Of a stretch of 64,000 bases of DNA, positions 1 to 12,529 are shown piece after piece. Where the stretch lies: assembly GCA_053919585.1 (NCBI GenBank), contig CM132820.1; one strand, 5' to 3'. A program made the translations under genes and the position numbers. The notes beneath the pieces were generated by a model, which saw nothing but the letters and a program-made list of their open reading frames with translations, was not told the DNA's origin and searched no databases. Within the stretch, counting starts at the first letter, position 1. Every line of letters begins with the position of its first letter. The DNA comes from Euprymna scolopes (Eukaryota).

Positions 1-354
1 AAAGTATTTGATGAAACAAGTCAAAGATCTTACTTGATAACAAAAGGTGAAGCAGAGGGAATATGGCCAAGAAAAAGGTGATTACTCGTGAATGAATAGT
101 CTTTTAAACGATAAATAATGCAATGACGGTAAAATCATAACACATAACTTCAAGAAAGTTAATTGAATTTCCATTTGCACTAGTCAAATCAAAGGAAATC
201 CCGTAATTGGGAGATGGTCAAAAATAATCCAAACGCCGAAATCCATGGAATAATTCACAAATATGTACAAGGGAAAAAGGGAAAAATCCAATAATATTAA
301 TATTAATTAATAAGATATGCTTTACACACTGTTGCCGAGACAAATATTTTATTT

Positions 355-358
<4 letters not shown>

Positions 359-412
<54 letters not shown>

Positions 413-422
413 TATATATATA
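359..422. repeat. (TA)n microsatellite
   Basis: About 30 TA units with one interruption, ending 30 bp before the assembly gap. Confidence 0.97.
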
Positions 423-452
423 ACATTTATATCTGCATTACCGCTTCTCTAC

Positions 453-595
453 NNNNNNNNNNNNNNNNNNNNNNNNNNNNNNNNNNNNNNNNNNNNNNNN
501 NNNNNNNNNNNNNNNNNNNNNNNNNNNNNNNNNNNNNNNNNNNNNNNNNNNNNNNNNNNNNNNNNNNNNNNNNNNNNNNNNNNNNNNNNNNNNNN
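453..595. other. Assembly gap (143 N)
   Basis: Run of N from 453 to 595; adjacency across the gap is not guaranteed. Confidence 0.99.
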
Positions 596-992
596 GCAGT
601 TACTTTGGTAACTGGATTTGAATCTACAGATCATTTCCGACACTGAATATTGCAGATAGCAGGAACACTTTACCCGCAGGTAAATAATTGTTGTTTTTTT
701 GGTTTTTTTTTAAATATATAATAATTACCAAGTTCTTTTATATACCTAAAGTTCATTCTTCTTCAAGGAATTTACTGAATTCTATAAGCTTTAGCGAGAG
801 GCCACTATTCACACTCCATGTCGTTGTATGCTCTATCTGACATTCAACTGTGAATTCACACTGAAATGGCATTCATAGGTACTTAATTCTTGTTCATTTT
901 GGTGTTAGTTGACGGTAGCATTTCTCTTCCCTTACATGATGACTTCTTAAACATAAACACAAGATTCTACACTTTTGAAAATTATTTTTTAA

Positions 993-997
<5 letters not shown>

Positions 998-1078
<81 letters not shown>
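998..1078. repeat. Compound (TA)n(GA)n microsatellite
   Basis: About 26 TA units (998-1050) followed directly by 14 GA units (1051-1078). Confidence 0.97.
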
Positions 1079-1079
<1 letters not shown>

Positions 1080-1366
1080 GGACGGAAAAAGGTTACGAAT
1101 GAAGTATCGATTCATAATAAATATACGTCCATTATTCGCAAATTATATACATTTATGCTATGATTTGCTCGATGAAACCGAACCGCGTCAATCATTTTTG
1201 CATGGGTTAAATTGCTGTCCATTTGTCCTCTCTATGAAAAAAAATATATAACGTCGAAACTTCCTTTCTCTAAAGCAACTTGATTTCCGCCTGCAAATAA
1301 TAGGCTAACATGTACGGGAATTGCGGCTACTATTCTTTGGATTTTTGTTCAGAGAACACGGCAATG

Positions 1367-1430
1367 ACACTTCCGTTTTATAATGGCGCGCGATTTCCTT
1401 TCAATGGAGCATGCGTAGCAACACTTCCGG
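1367..1430. promoter_or_regulatory. Candidate housekeeping-type promoter patch (paired ETS motifs plus YY1-like core)
   Basis: ACACTTCCG occurs at 1367 and 1421 (reverse complement of the ETS motif CGGAAGTG). AATGGCG(CGCG) lies between them at 1382. CpG is locally enriched in an AT-rich background. Motif match only. Confidence 0.35.
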
Positions 1431-3808
1431 TCAGAACATGATTTAAAATTACATGTTGATAGCTCGAGGCTGTCGTCGGTAATTACATCTCGACATTATG
1501 TCGCAGAACGACTATGCACTGCTTAAGCTTAATTGTTAGCAGCTTGAATAACTAACACAACTGGACAGACTCGTAAATAACTGTCCAATAACATTTTTTT
1601 TTTCTTTTTGTTTGGTAGTTTTCCAAAAGTTACATTTTATTCTAGTCAGTAGTGTGTTTAGATTTCTTTATAACTTGTAATAACTGGCATATAATAAAAA
1701 CAGCGTTTTTATATGTTGTTTCGGAATTTTTGTTATGAGGATTTTTAATTTATATTGAATTTCATTTCATTTGAATTATTCAAACTTCGGTTCACATCTT
1801 GACTGTTAGTTTCACAATGTTTCAATCGATATTTCGTTCATAATGTAACTATCGCTAGAGGTCGTACCCCTATTACGTTATCTTACATTCTTCATATTTC
1901 TTGTGTCAAGTACGAAATATTTCAATCGAACTCAGGAACATCAGTGAGGGTGCCACTTACAACACAGTTCATAATTATTTCTACCTATCACGTCTGACGT
2001 AACGGGAGAATGTTAATCTGTTATATAAAGTTTCCGTTCGGAATTTATTGCAAATTCACGAGTTCGACAGAACGATACCTGATTTCGAAAGGATGACCTA
2101 AAGAAGTGAATTATAGTGCCTGTGAGCGCGTGGAAAGTACCAGCAACTTGCGAGGAGATTAGCGACTAAAGCAGCAGTAATAGAAATAAAGTGCATATGC
2201 AGATTAGGAAGTGTGCGCGAGAAGATGAATGAAAGAAAATGAGAATAGACAACACGTGCTTGCGGGTGAAAGAAATACGATGTAAAAAAAAATAGACATG
2301 CGAACTCGCATACGAGAATGTGCCGGCTGTACCCGGCGTGGCGTCGGATGAAGGATAAACTGACATATAGCAACAAGATACATTTTTTTAAGTGGTACCC
2401 AAAATAACGGTAATAAAAGCTTCTGTTGAAATAGAAAAAAAATGCCGACACGGATATTTTATGTATTTGTTTTATTTCTTTGTCCACTTTCGATGGTAGC
2501 AACAATATAGAAAGTTGTAACTTACATCGACTAAACAGTTGTTAAAATATTACTCGAGAGGAAAATAATAATCGATATAATCCAAATAATACGAAATTTT
2601 ATGTTAGTACACTTTCAATACTCTTTTATTTACTTTTCCGGTAATCAATTAAGCCTCAATCCATAGTTACTCCATACAAGCATGCTTGTCTCCCTATCAT
2701 GGCGGGAAGATATTACGCAAGAGTACCAAAGTATCATTCTAAGTTAAAGCGTCAATTTTTATTAGAAAAAAAAACTAGGCCCTTCCACAAAAGGAATAAG
2801 GGAAAGTTTACTCGCGTGAACGTCCCAGAACTGCGCAGCACTATTAAAATGTTTAAGTCGACAGGAAAGATCTGTTTCAAAATTGGTCTTGACTCCGTCG
2901 GCTTTTGCGCCAAGGATACTTATATTGATGCGTGTAGCAAGAGGGCGGCTTTCTTCATAGAAGTATAGTTTTTCATTTGCTTCCCGTATGCTGGACAAAA
3001 GAACATAGTATTATTTAGAAGTAGACTACAATATAGCCTTCTAAAATCCAGTGTAAATATCCATTAGTAATAAACTCCATATGCATAATAAAATTTATAC
3101 AATTAATTTTGTTAATTTCAGTATACAATGCTTCCATGTAATTAACCTTCATCCTTTATTATCTCTTGACTTTGGTAAATGGCTGACAGAATTTTCTCCA
3201 TATCATAAAACATATTTATGAGTTTATGTTTCAATTAATAAGCTTAACTCCCACGATTATATAGCTTTCGTATTGAAACAAAAATAAAATATATCATACA
3301 ATAAGCTAAAGTAATGGATATTTTATTTTAATGCTAACGTGTAATCAGCTATTTCTTTTTTAATATTATTCGATTATCACGGTTATTAAAAATATTTAGA
3401 TATATTTTCAAACGGAGAGCTGTTCAAGTTCTATTGTAATCTCTGCATTTCGCGATAATTAATGAGGACAATTATATTTATTTTTCTTACATTCTGCAGC
3501 TATAAACACTAGATATTCTCCCTTTATAATATTCGATAATTTTTCATGATTTCCTGCTTTCACATACTTCAATGCCCCATCCATTTCTTTACCTGACTCA
3601 GCTTCTACGGCATAGTTACACTATATGTATAACGTGCCATCCCATTTACCCATCATCCTGCCATATATTATCTATATACGTATAAAACTCAAATGACCTT
3701 GTAACAAGTGTTGTAATCCACCTATGGTTAACGACTTCCAATTGCGCATATGTACAGAAATATAAACCCATAAAAACATAAACAAATCGAAACTCGCTAC
3801 TTTTGCAG

Positions 3809-3872
3809 AATTTGATCTGCGCACTGAAATATTAACGTTATTATTAAGAAATTATTACTTAATATGGGAAAG
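3809..3872 (+). CDS. Candidate 64-bp exon of an unknown gene
   Basis: Acceptor ctacttttgcAG| at 3808 and a strong donor AAG|GTAAGC at 3873. One frame is open (FDLRTEILTLLLRNYYLIWE). Alternatively the exon ends ATG GGA AAG (MGK) as a first coding exon. No homology recognised. Confidence 0.25.
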
Positions 3873-3913
3873 GTAAGCAACTATTCTGTATTACAAGTAT
3901 ACTCTCGCAGTTG

Positions 3914-4200
3914 TCTTACAAATAAATCAACTTTGACCCGTTGACAACGTATTGTTTTAGTGTGTACGTTTTCAGCGAACCAATTATATTTTTCGCGTTT
4001 AAATTATCTAAATAATTGTTAACACTTTCTGCATTTTTTTTACATCGTTCATTTTCGTATTACGTTTAAGTTATTTTAACGCATTTTTCTTACAAATAAA
4101 TCTACTTTAACCTTTGACAACTATAAGAGCATTTTACAACGTATTGTTTTACTGTGTACGTTTTCAGCGACCTAATTGTTTTTTGTTCGCGTTTAAATTA
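3914..4200 (+). repeat. Imperfect direct repeat, two copies of ~93/113 bp (3914-4006 and 4088-4200)
   Basis: Both copies share tcttacaaataaatc..acttt..ttgacaac..gtattgtttta.tgtgtacgttttcagcga...ttcgcgtttaaatta. The second copy carries an extra ~19 bp (ctataagagcattttacaa). Confidence 0.9.
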
Positions 4201-5399
4201 AATGATATATCAAAATTTGAATAGTATAGATTTACTTCTAAGTATGGCAACCCACTTATAATTCAATGACTGTAAGTTTTTTCTTTTCAAAAATAAATAA
4301 TTATAAACAGAACGACTCATAGACTTATATCTATATTCTTTTTCATTTTTAATATACTTTCAAAGAAATTTTTCTGTTATGGCACAAAAACTATTTTCTT
4401 TACGTCACAAGCGTCATGCTCATACATTAATTCTATAGCTAATATAACATACTGACCCAACGGGTCGCGGGTAGTCAAGTATTCAATAAAAACAAACAAC
4501 TAAGGATGCAAAAATAAAAAGGATGCGTATTATACAGAGGTAATAATGTATAGGGAATTAAAAATATATTAAAGAACAGGGAAATTTAAATTTAAGAAAT
4601 ATTAGTATTCTCAATTTCATTTGTTGAATCGGGGAGAATTAAATGATTGAGCATAGTAATGTTTTAGGGAAATATATTTGTACGAAAAGTCAGTTTATTT
4701 TGTATTGAACATTGCTTTTTATTTTATCAACCAATGAGCACGTTTCTCATGACAAATCTCCAAAGCGTGTCTTATTTAGTTTTCTACATAACGATAAAAA
4801 GGAGGGGAGAAGCTTTCTCATACAAATCTACATACTTCAGTTTAGTTTGTAAAACACTTTATTGATAATTGTCTAATATCAATTATTAATTTGTTTCCAA
4901 AATTCCTGTTTGTTTAGAAAATGTAAGACAAATTTGAAAATAAAATACTTGCACAGCTATCCTTTTTTAAATGTAAGTTATACGAGATTTTAATTGAATG
5001 TAATGTTTTAAAAGGCTCTAATATAACAGGACTTACTGATTTCAAATATCTTCTTCATAGTTGTTAGGCTTTAATTTCATTTTACAATCGAAAATATTTT
5101 AATGCAATTTTTCTTAAACATAATTTTTCCAATAACTATTTAAAATATGTATATATGCAAGGAAAATCTGTTCGTCTGATAACGTTGGTTTATTTTGTAT
5201 TGACTATTTCTTTTAATTTTATCAACCGATTTTTTCGACAGACTTCGCCAAAGCGTAGCAATATGGGCTATACACAACCTTACATGATGTTTTAAAACGG
5301 CGGTAATATATGAGGACAGGAACCCCATTTAATAACGATCTACATGCATCCTTCTTTTTATGACACTTTATTGATTAGTATCTAATATTCATTAATAAA

Positions 5400-5823
5400 C
5401 TAGCCTGGGTGCCCAACGTAGCCCGGGCGTTTGGAAGTGAGTGTTGAGCAAATAAATCAATAAATAATAAAGTGGTAGTAGGTAAACAGGCTCGAACCCA
5501 TACCGCGAAGGAAGAAAAGAACGTAAAAAAGCGTGACGTCTTTGCCGTTGCGTCCATCTCCAACCCCCAAGTGAATCGAAAAGAGAGGATGACTTCCGAA
5601 AATATCGGTGAAAAAGGCGAGCTCTCTTTTAGAAACGTGTCCAGTTGAAGCTGAATGAATTAATGTTTTTGGACAATATTCCGATATTTATCGTCCGAAT
5701 GGTCGCGCTTTAAAACGATAACGATCTCGTGAAAATTAGTCGCCTGTTTTAGGTAGATATACAAACATTCAAACATACACACATGCATAAATTTTAACAG
5801 ACAAGTGAGATTTATAATATAGA
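5400..5823 (-). mobile_element. Non-autonomous Helitron-type (rolling-circle) element, 424 bp
   Basis: On the minus strand it starts A|TCTATATTATAAATCTC, followed by a degenerate TGTG/TGTT microsatellite. It ends with a GC-rich hairpin GCCCGG-gctacg-TTGGGC, a 7-nt spacer, then CTAG|T. This matches the Helitron signature: 5' TC, subterminal hairpin, 3' CTAG, A|T target, no target-site duplication. Confidence 0.75.
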
Positions 5824-8629
5824 TTATCTCTAAAATGTAATTTCTCTTAGAGCATTAAAAACGAATTTGGATGCATAATATGGATAGAACTATGCTTTCG
5901 AAATGTAACTTAAACGAAATTTTAACTAAATTCCATTAATAATTTTAGCCTCTAATACATATATGCACTGATTTTAAATATTGTCTTAACAGTGTTTGGA
6001 CTTTTTTTACAATCGAAATTTGATGTTATTGTTTTAAATATTAATATTACAATTCTAGGCGTAATATTTGATACATTTCTATCTTAATTTGGATCTTTTT
6101 AAGTGGACATGAACGAGGTAAAAACTGTTCTTTCTGGAAATTAATTTTACTTGCCCCAGGATGCGTGTTACTTTACTCTTAAATATTCAGATGATGCATT
6201 GAAGTTTTCACGTACAATTTATACACATTGCCAGTTAATCAATTCTAGTTTGCCCACACCCAGGTTTTGTAAACAATTCAAAGATGGATGCAGGTGTCCT
6301 CCGACTCCATTTTTAGAAACAAATTCCGACTTTTGAGGAAATCGCACAGCAGGGTTCAGAGGAAATATAATTATTCTATGCTAACGCGGCCACCAGAGGG
6401 CATAACTGAGTGTTATAGAAAATTAAAAGATTCGTCACAATATCGCACGTTCATATTTGCAAGCTGTTCAGATACAATAATTTTTTTTTAATAAGCAAAA
6501 CCAAACAGGAAAAACAGACCAAAAGATACGTCCATGCATTCGGACGTTTAACGATGGAATTTCTGTTTAAAAATTCAATGTCACATACCAAAAAAATGGG
6601 TTTCACTACCGCTTCCTGGGTGACAAGAAAACGTATTTTATAGAATTTAAAAGTTACACATAACGTCAATGCCTCATAGACACTGTCCTCGAGTGTCTAA
6701 GCTCTCTCTGTACAGGTGTTTGTCAGAACAACCTGGCATGAGGATACATTTTTCCATAGAAGTAAACCCTGACCAAATATTCAAAATCACATAGTATTCG
6801 CTGCCCAAATAAGATCTCTTCACTACGGCTACCCCACAGCTTTTCCGAGGAATGGTGCACCTTCTCCAAGTGATGTTACTTCAAGTAATAGTACGATGCC
6901 GGATACTCCACCAGACTAGACAAATTATTGTCCTGGAATCCAGTAAGACCAAGAGACCAAAATGAAAGATATACTACAATGTATGAAAATGGTTAATTGG
7001 GGAGAGGAAAGTGATGTTCTCAATTTCTTTACTAACTCAGTGTTTGAGAGATAAGGAACTTAAATAGAACATTCGAATATCTATGTATTTTATATAGAGT
7101 TCATGCGTTAGCCCAAGGTTGTGGGCCCTTGATTTCTGAGAACTTCGACGGAAGTAAAATAAAACTAAGTCATGGGGCACAGTCAGACATCCGTTTTTTT
7201 TTTTCTAACATGTGTAATTGAGTGTCAGTTTGGTAAACAAAAGGAACGGGTATAAAATTAAATCCTACTATTTAATAACTCAAACAGCTAAAGTCCTAAG
7301 AATACGGAAGTGGAAGCAATAAGACGAGCGACTAGTGCTCCAGAATTTATTTTATTACACAGTGATGTGGACCTGGAAGTGAAACCTCGAAAGGACATAT
7401 CAAAAAATGGTACAGCTGTTAAAGATATATAGAAAAAACACATTATTAGAAGAAAAAACGGTGAAGTAAAGGAGGCTTACTTTTCAGTCGGACTTCCGAA
7501 GAGGATCCTATATTTCCCCGAGAGTACTTCGCTGTCGATGGTTATAGTATTTGAAAGAGTCAATTAATTGGTAGGTAAAGGTCTAATAGGACATAGACAC
7601 CAACAATCTCAACAATCTTTAGTTAGCAAAAAGCTTTCAAAAGTCCAGCTTCTTGTTTTCTAAAACTCTTTGCCCCATCGGGTGTTGTTGTGTATCAATA
7701 ACGCAGTTAACGCGGTATTGAGTTGAACGAAACTTGTTTGTGTAAAGTTAAGTGGATTAAAATCGGAAGATCCAGTTTGCCATACATCAACCCATTGGTT
7801 TCCCTTGACAACGCGTAAACCTGCATGCGACAAGGGGCCACGAGACAGGTGCAGGCTGGTTCAAAAGAGTGTATTTTGAGTGGAAAACGGACGCGGATTA
7901 CATCAACACACACATATACACACACAAAATGAATAGGGGGTGCATACGCGTTTTTCTAGACAATTCAGCCCGACTAAGTCAATACGACAGTATATGTTAA
8001 CTAGAAAAAAACTTGGTTCTAAGATGAGAAAAAAAAGAAGAAAAACGGTGTTAATAGATTCAGCGAGGCGAGGGTGATCTGTCAACGATAGAATACAAAT
8101 AAAACTTCTCCGTACAATAAAACCAAAGTTGTGGTTTTTAAAGAGCAACCATGAATCGTCGCGAGTTGGCATCCACAAAGAACGAGAAAAGGTAGTGTCA
8201 TGAAGCCTTTATATATGTTACACACATGCACACAAATTACATTGCACACATGTGCACACACGGCAGACAGACGGTCAGGGCCACGTCAGATTATATAGAT
8301 ACCACATATACGAGAATATATAAACCTCATAATCATCTTTACTCACACAGGATATAACAGGTTTACAATTATGATTGATCGGTTTTACAGATACCTGATA
8401 ACATACAGTTATCTTCGCTTGCGCTTGTTAGGTTCTCTCCATCATGGACAGTAAACCTTGTCCTTCGTATGCAACAAAAGACTGATGTGGCTCTGATGTT
8501 TTGTCAAGGCCTGTCATCGGTTCTTAGTTATACCAAAAAAATATTTCCTGGGGCATAATTTGGCTACTCGCTACATCGAAGATGTTTTGTCACTTAGACG
8601 TTAAGCAGATCTAAATTATTGCTTAACGC

Positions 8630-9321
8630 CAAGTCTTACGCAGCGTACTAAATGGTAATGACCGTAAGGACCTATAACAGGTACTTTTCCCTTGACCCTC
8701 ATTTCATGAACATCTCTACAGTAGTTTTCGTTACCTATTCTGTTGTTTCCGCATAATTGCCTCGCCATATCACTTTTTAATAGGTTCACAATCAATCATA
8801 GTTTAATACAAATCATACTGAAAATGTGTTACACCAATGACCAATCGCCGCCAATTTTCTATTACACGCATCCCCCCTTTTTTCGTGTTTGAACGGTACT
8901 GGATTAATGAATTCAAAATCACTGTATTGCTTTACCACTTTTTAAACATCGTCCATGCTGATGTTAGCATTTACCTTCTATGGTAGGTACAAAGTTCTTA
9001 TCGTTCCAAAATGATGCATATTACGAAGTTCTTCAGATATTCTACTCACTTTGAACACCGGAACACTAAAGCAACATATTGCTTTTCCAGTGCCAGGGCT
9101 TCTTAGATCTCTAGTAAGTCTGTTTTTCTTTTCTTTGATATAACTTTTAACGCTAGCCAACACGTTGACGCCTCAGTCGTAGAGTAGACAAAGTATAAGA
9201 AAAAGAACTTAAACTCGTATTTTCCTATTTCCTCATTCTCCCGCGAAACGTGATTCTTATTACAGCTGTGATTACCAACATTTCTAATATGATCGTCTTC
9301 TCTCAAATAATCGTCTTCCAT
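8630..9321 (-). pseudogene. Decayed non-LTR retrotransposon ORF1-like remnant (RRM-like region plus degenerate CCHC zinc knuckle; Tx1/L1-like)
   Basis: Reading through stops and frameshifts gives ...TIRTLYLP*KVNANISMDDV*KVVKQYSDF...VIENWRRLV... then EGQGKSTCYR(S)...HLVRC at ~8700-8640. This resembles the 'P..I.D..V...L..YG...I.NG.R.V...GQP.TC.RC....H....C' pattern of zinc-knuckle LINE ORF1 proteins. Recognised by eye only. Confidence 0.4.
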
Positions 9322-10679
9322 TTTTAGACTTTTGTTTTTTTACTGTAACATCATTTTGCCATACGACTCGGTATTCGCATACGCTGTCTGCACTCTGTTA
9401 TACAACCAACGTGTCGGTTATCTTCAGGTAATATTCCTTTTTCAGTTCTCCAATTGGGGCAAGTCGACGCATGTAAGCACCTCAGCCACCCCTTTCGTCT
9501 TGATCTGCTTTTCTCTTGATATTCTCATTCATAACATAATGCTATTATTGTGCAGTATATTACAAAGCCAAACTGACGCCATTTATTGTGGAATTGATCT
9601 CCGCAAAATTCATGTAGGCACTAATAGAAACATGTTTTATTAAACACAGATATTACATAGATTTGCATTAGTTTTTATTATTAAGACTTTATTTGCGTCT
9701 TGGATGTTAGTCTCAACGTTTTGACCAGCGTAAACTTCAATCGTCGTCAATGATGTTTCTCGTGTCCAACTCGAAATTCTTAAGCACAACTCGGTAATCC
9801 GTGCGAAAGTTGGAGAGTTAACTTTAATTTATCTTTAGAGGAAACATTGTTTATCATTCTTTTGAGCATAAACATGGAAAAGCTTTAGGCAAAAAATGGA
9901 TACAACCTGTCACGTGATCTTTGACGTTGAGTAATTGTTGATCCTATCGAAGAGAGGCTAGCACATTTTTTATTTAAAATTAAGTGTATCCATCTGTACG
10001 CATATCTTATAAACTGGAAAAATCTCGACCAGGTTTGCTTAGCACTCAACATCACCATATGCATATGTACGTACTCTTTCACAGTTGTGTTTTAGTAGGT
10101 CTTTAAATCTTTTTACTCCACTCATTTTTTTTCTTGAATCGGAACATAGTTCTGGGTAACACTTCATTACGATACTTAAATTTATAACACAAACATGAGC
10201 TAATATAAAATACGTTAATTAACGTCACCACTGAAAGTTTTCTAGCAAGTATGAGAACCAAGCGAATATATGTCTTAAATAGACTGGGCTTGTCCCTGCT
10301 TTCTGTACAAACGCCGTCGAATATCACTAATGGCATTCGAAATTCTAGAGACGGCCCAACTCTTGTCCTATCCTTAACAGCTGCATCATTTCTGATTTCA
10401 GGGTAATAAAACCGTAGGATGTAAATCAATCAGAATTCTATCTGCACATGATTCGATTATCTCTGATTGAATTATGGGGAGATAAAAACGCTGACAGAGA
10501 TAAAAGTCTATTTTGGTAGAACCAAAAATTAAAAATGAATAAAAATATAGAATTGAAAAAAAGAAAAAATAGTTATCAAATATTGCAAGATTGTAATTTT
10601 GTAAGTAGAGATGTTTTTGGAAATCATTACAGTAAAACTATTTTTGACAGTCTGAAATGAGATTGACAGACAGAAATCG

Positions 10680-10709
10680 ACACACACACACACACACACA
10701 TATATATAT
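10680..10709. repeat. (CA)10(TA)n microsatellite
   Basis: cacacacacacacacacaca followed by tatatatat. Confidence 0.9.
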
Positions 10710-10914
10710 TCTAATCATTTCTATTATATAAAGGGAACGTTGCTTATCTCTGTGTAGCTGTGTGTGTAAGAAAAAGGTAGTTCATTTTATATGTGTACGT
10801 GTTCGTTCGTTGATTTTGTATTGGAATGTATCTGATAAGTATCGAAAATCGATAATTGAACAGAATCTGATTAAGGAAAGAAATCCGATTTTAACCAAAG
10901 TTACCACATTATCA

Positions 10915-11900
10915 GTCTGCCTCGTATAAAAAAAAATGGGTGATAGGTCAACACCTCTCAGTACAGACCAATCAGTCCCATGTGCGGCATGCCCGAATCT
11001 GTGTTAAATAAAGAAGGAATCATAACCTGTTCAGTTACATGCAATACGGTTACCGTTCTGCTAGTTTAATAGCTGATGTTTTATCTAAAATATACCACCA
11101 GATTAGCGAATTCCGCTTACGGGTGTTTCGTCGCTAAGTTAATTACTGTTCACATATCAAAAGTTTTTGATAGGGTACTGTACATAAGGTCTACTTTACA
11201 TGATCTCTAGATACGCAATAGTTGGTGATGTCTTCTCAATTATTAAACTATTTATATCTGATAGGTTTATAAGGGTAGTGATTGATAGGCATAAATCTGA
11301 AATTAACAGTATAACGCTAGTGTCCCTCAGGGTTCCATTGTGGGGAATACTCGTTCCCGATCTTTATCAATAATGTACCAAATCACAGCCCTGGATAACT
11401 CGTAAACATTTATGTAGCGACACTTCTACCAATGACAGAACTTTTAACGCGCAGTATGACCAAAATTCTTTTATTCTTTCCCGTCTTATCTTGGACACAT
11501 GGTGCAATGCGTAAAAAAGTGGCTGGTTACTTTTTATACATTTGAAGCCAGGATCTCTGTTTCAAACATAAAACCTCTGACCCCCTACTGGCTTCAGTTG
11601 GAATGAATGGCTCTTTTATTGATAAAACACCATGTTTTATCAAACTTTTAGAACTGAACCTTATTCTTGATCTGAAATGGAACCCATACATTAAATCTCT
11701 TGCTAAATTCGCTGAAAATATGTTTGAATTATTCTACCGCCCCAGTAGATACCTCACTACGGATGCAATTCTTAAGCGATATAAGAGACAAGTACTTCCC
11801 TAGATGTAGCAATGTTTCTAAATGTAGGCAGGATCAGCTCGTTGCACTCTAACCTGCTTTAGGAGAGTTCTAAACCGGCTTCGCAACCTGATAAGTGATG
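10915..11900 (+). mobile_element. Degenerate LINE ORF2 reverse-transcriptase fragment (CR1/L2-group), pseudogenised
   Basis: RT motifs appear in the expected order despite stops and frameshifts: YRPIS (10962), NLFSYMQYGYRS (~11024), ADVL, HISKVFDRV (11151), FISDRFIRVVID, VPQGSIVG (11322), IFINN, a decayed YADD (tatgtagcgac, 11411), then LKWNPYIKSLAK...YLTTDAILKRYKRQVLP (ORF 11603-11803). Confidence 0.85.
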
Positions 11901-11986
11901 TCCTTTGCTCCTCCATTGGTATGTTTATTGTAAAATAAATGCAACGCCCCCCCCCCCGAACAAAATGCAATCCACCCTGCTAGATA

Positions 11987-12385
11987 TTTTTATACGGCGG
12001 CATCAAACTCAACAAAGACTAGCACATACATTTAATGATGTTTCCTCCTGCTGATTGAGTTCCGTGTAATACTAGGATGCTATCTCACCGAGGCCCTACC
12101 TTACATTTTGAGTATAAGTGAGTTTATTGCTAGTCACTTGATATATCTCTAATGGGAAATGCCGACAAGGCTGTTCAGGCACTTCTTGCGTGTTGTATGC
12201 CTTTCATCAATGACGCTTACTTTTAAATTCTACATTCTGTCCCTATAATAATATTTATCCCGGGTGAAGAAAAATATATACTAATTCACTGCGTTCAGCC
12301 TTTTTTGCCGCTGCATCAAAATCAACATAGTATATACTTTTCTTGTAATGACGTTTTCATTGTTGATTGAGTCTTGTACAGTAGT
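11987..12385 (+). repeat. Old diverged direct duplication, period ~312-313 bp
   Basis: gcatcaaa.tcaaca at 12000 and 12313; taatga.gttt..t.tg.tgattgagt ending at 12060 and 12372. Confidence 0.65.
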
Positions 12386-12529
12386 AATATTCGTCTTCTC
12401 TTCTAACATTTCTCTCTTTGAGAAGAGGTTAGTTAATTAATAATCAAACTTTCTAGCCCTGCTCTCACATTTATCGCTATAGTAGCGAATGAAATACCTA
12501 ATTAATCCCTGAGCTCAGATTGTCTTTAC

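Noticed and set aside
449-1115. ORFs 449-643 and 894-1115
   Set aside because: They are artefacts of reading through the N gap and the (TA)n(GA)n microsatellite.
2098-2505. 135-aa minus-strand F/S/Y-rich ORF
   Set aside because: Its composition simply reflects a purine-rich plus strand, it has a non-ATG start, and no domain or LTR boundaries could be defined.
2699-2968. 89-aa ATG ORF (MAGRYYARVPK...) with a good start context, overlapped by a 78-aa minus-strand ORF
   Set aside because: No recognisable domain and no splice support; this length can occur by chance. A BLASTp hit would be needed.
4454-4480. Small hairpin GACCC-aac-GGGTC followed by gcgggtagtcaagt, resembling a Helitron 3' end
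   Set aside because: The terminal CTAG is absent (CAAG instead) and no matching 5' end was identified.
6677-6699. Perfect 8-bp inverted repeat TAGACACT-7nt-AGTGTCTA
   Set aside because: A single short hairpin is plausible by chance in 12 kb and has no associated element.
7140-7390. Three (C/T)GGAAGT motifs
   Set aside because: They are widely spaced, with no CpG-rich context or other promoter features; they could equally be a repeat fragment.
10720-10810. TCTATTATATAAAG followed by a TG-rich tract, resembling a Helitron 5' end
   Set aside because: It is preceded by T rather than A, and no hairpin/CTAG end was found before the LINE remnant; too weak to call.
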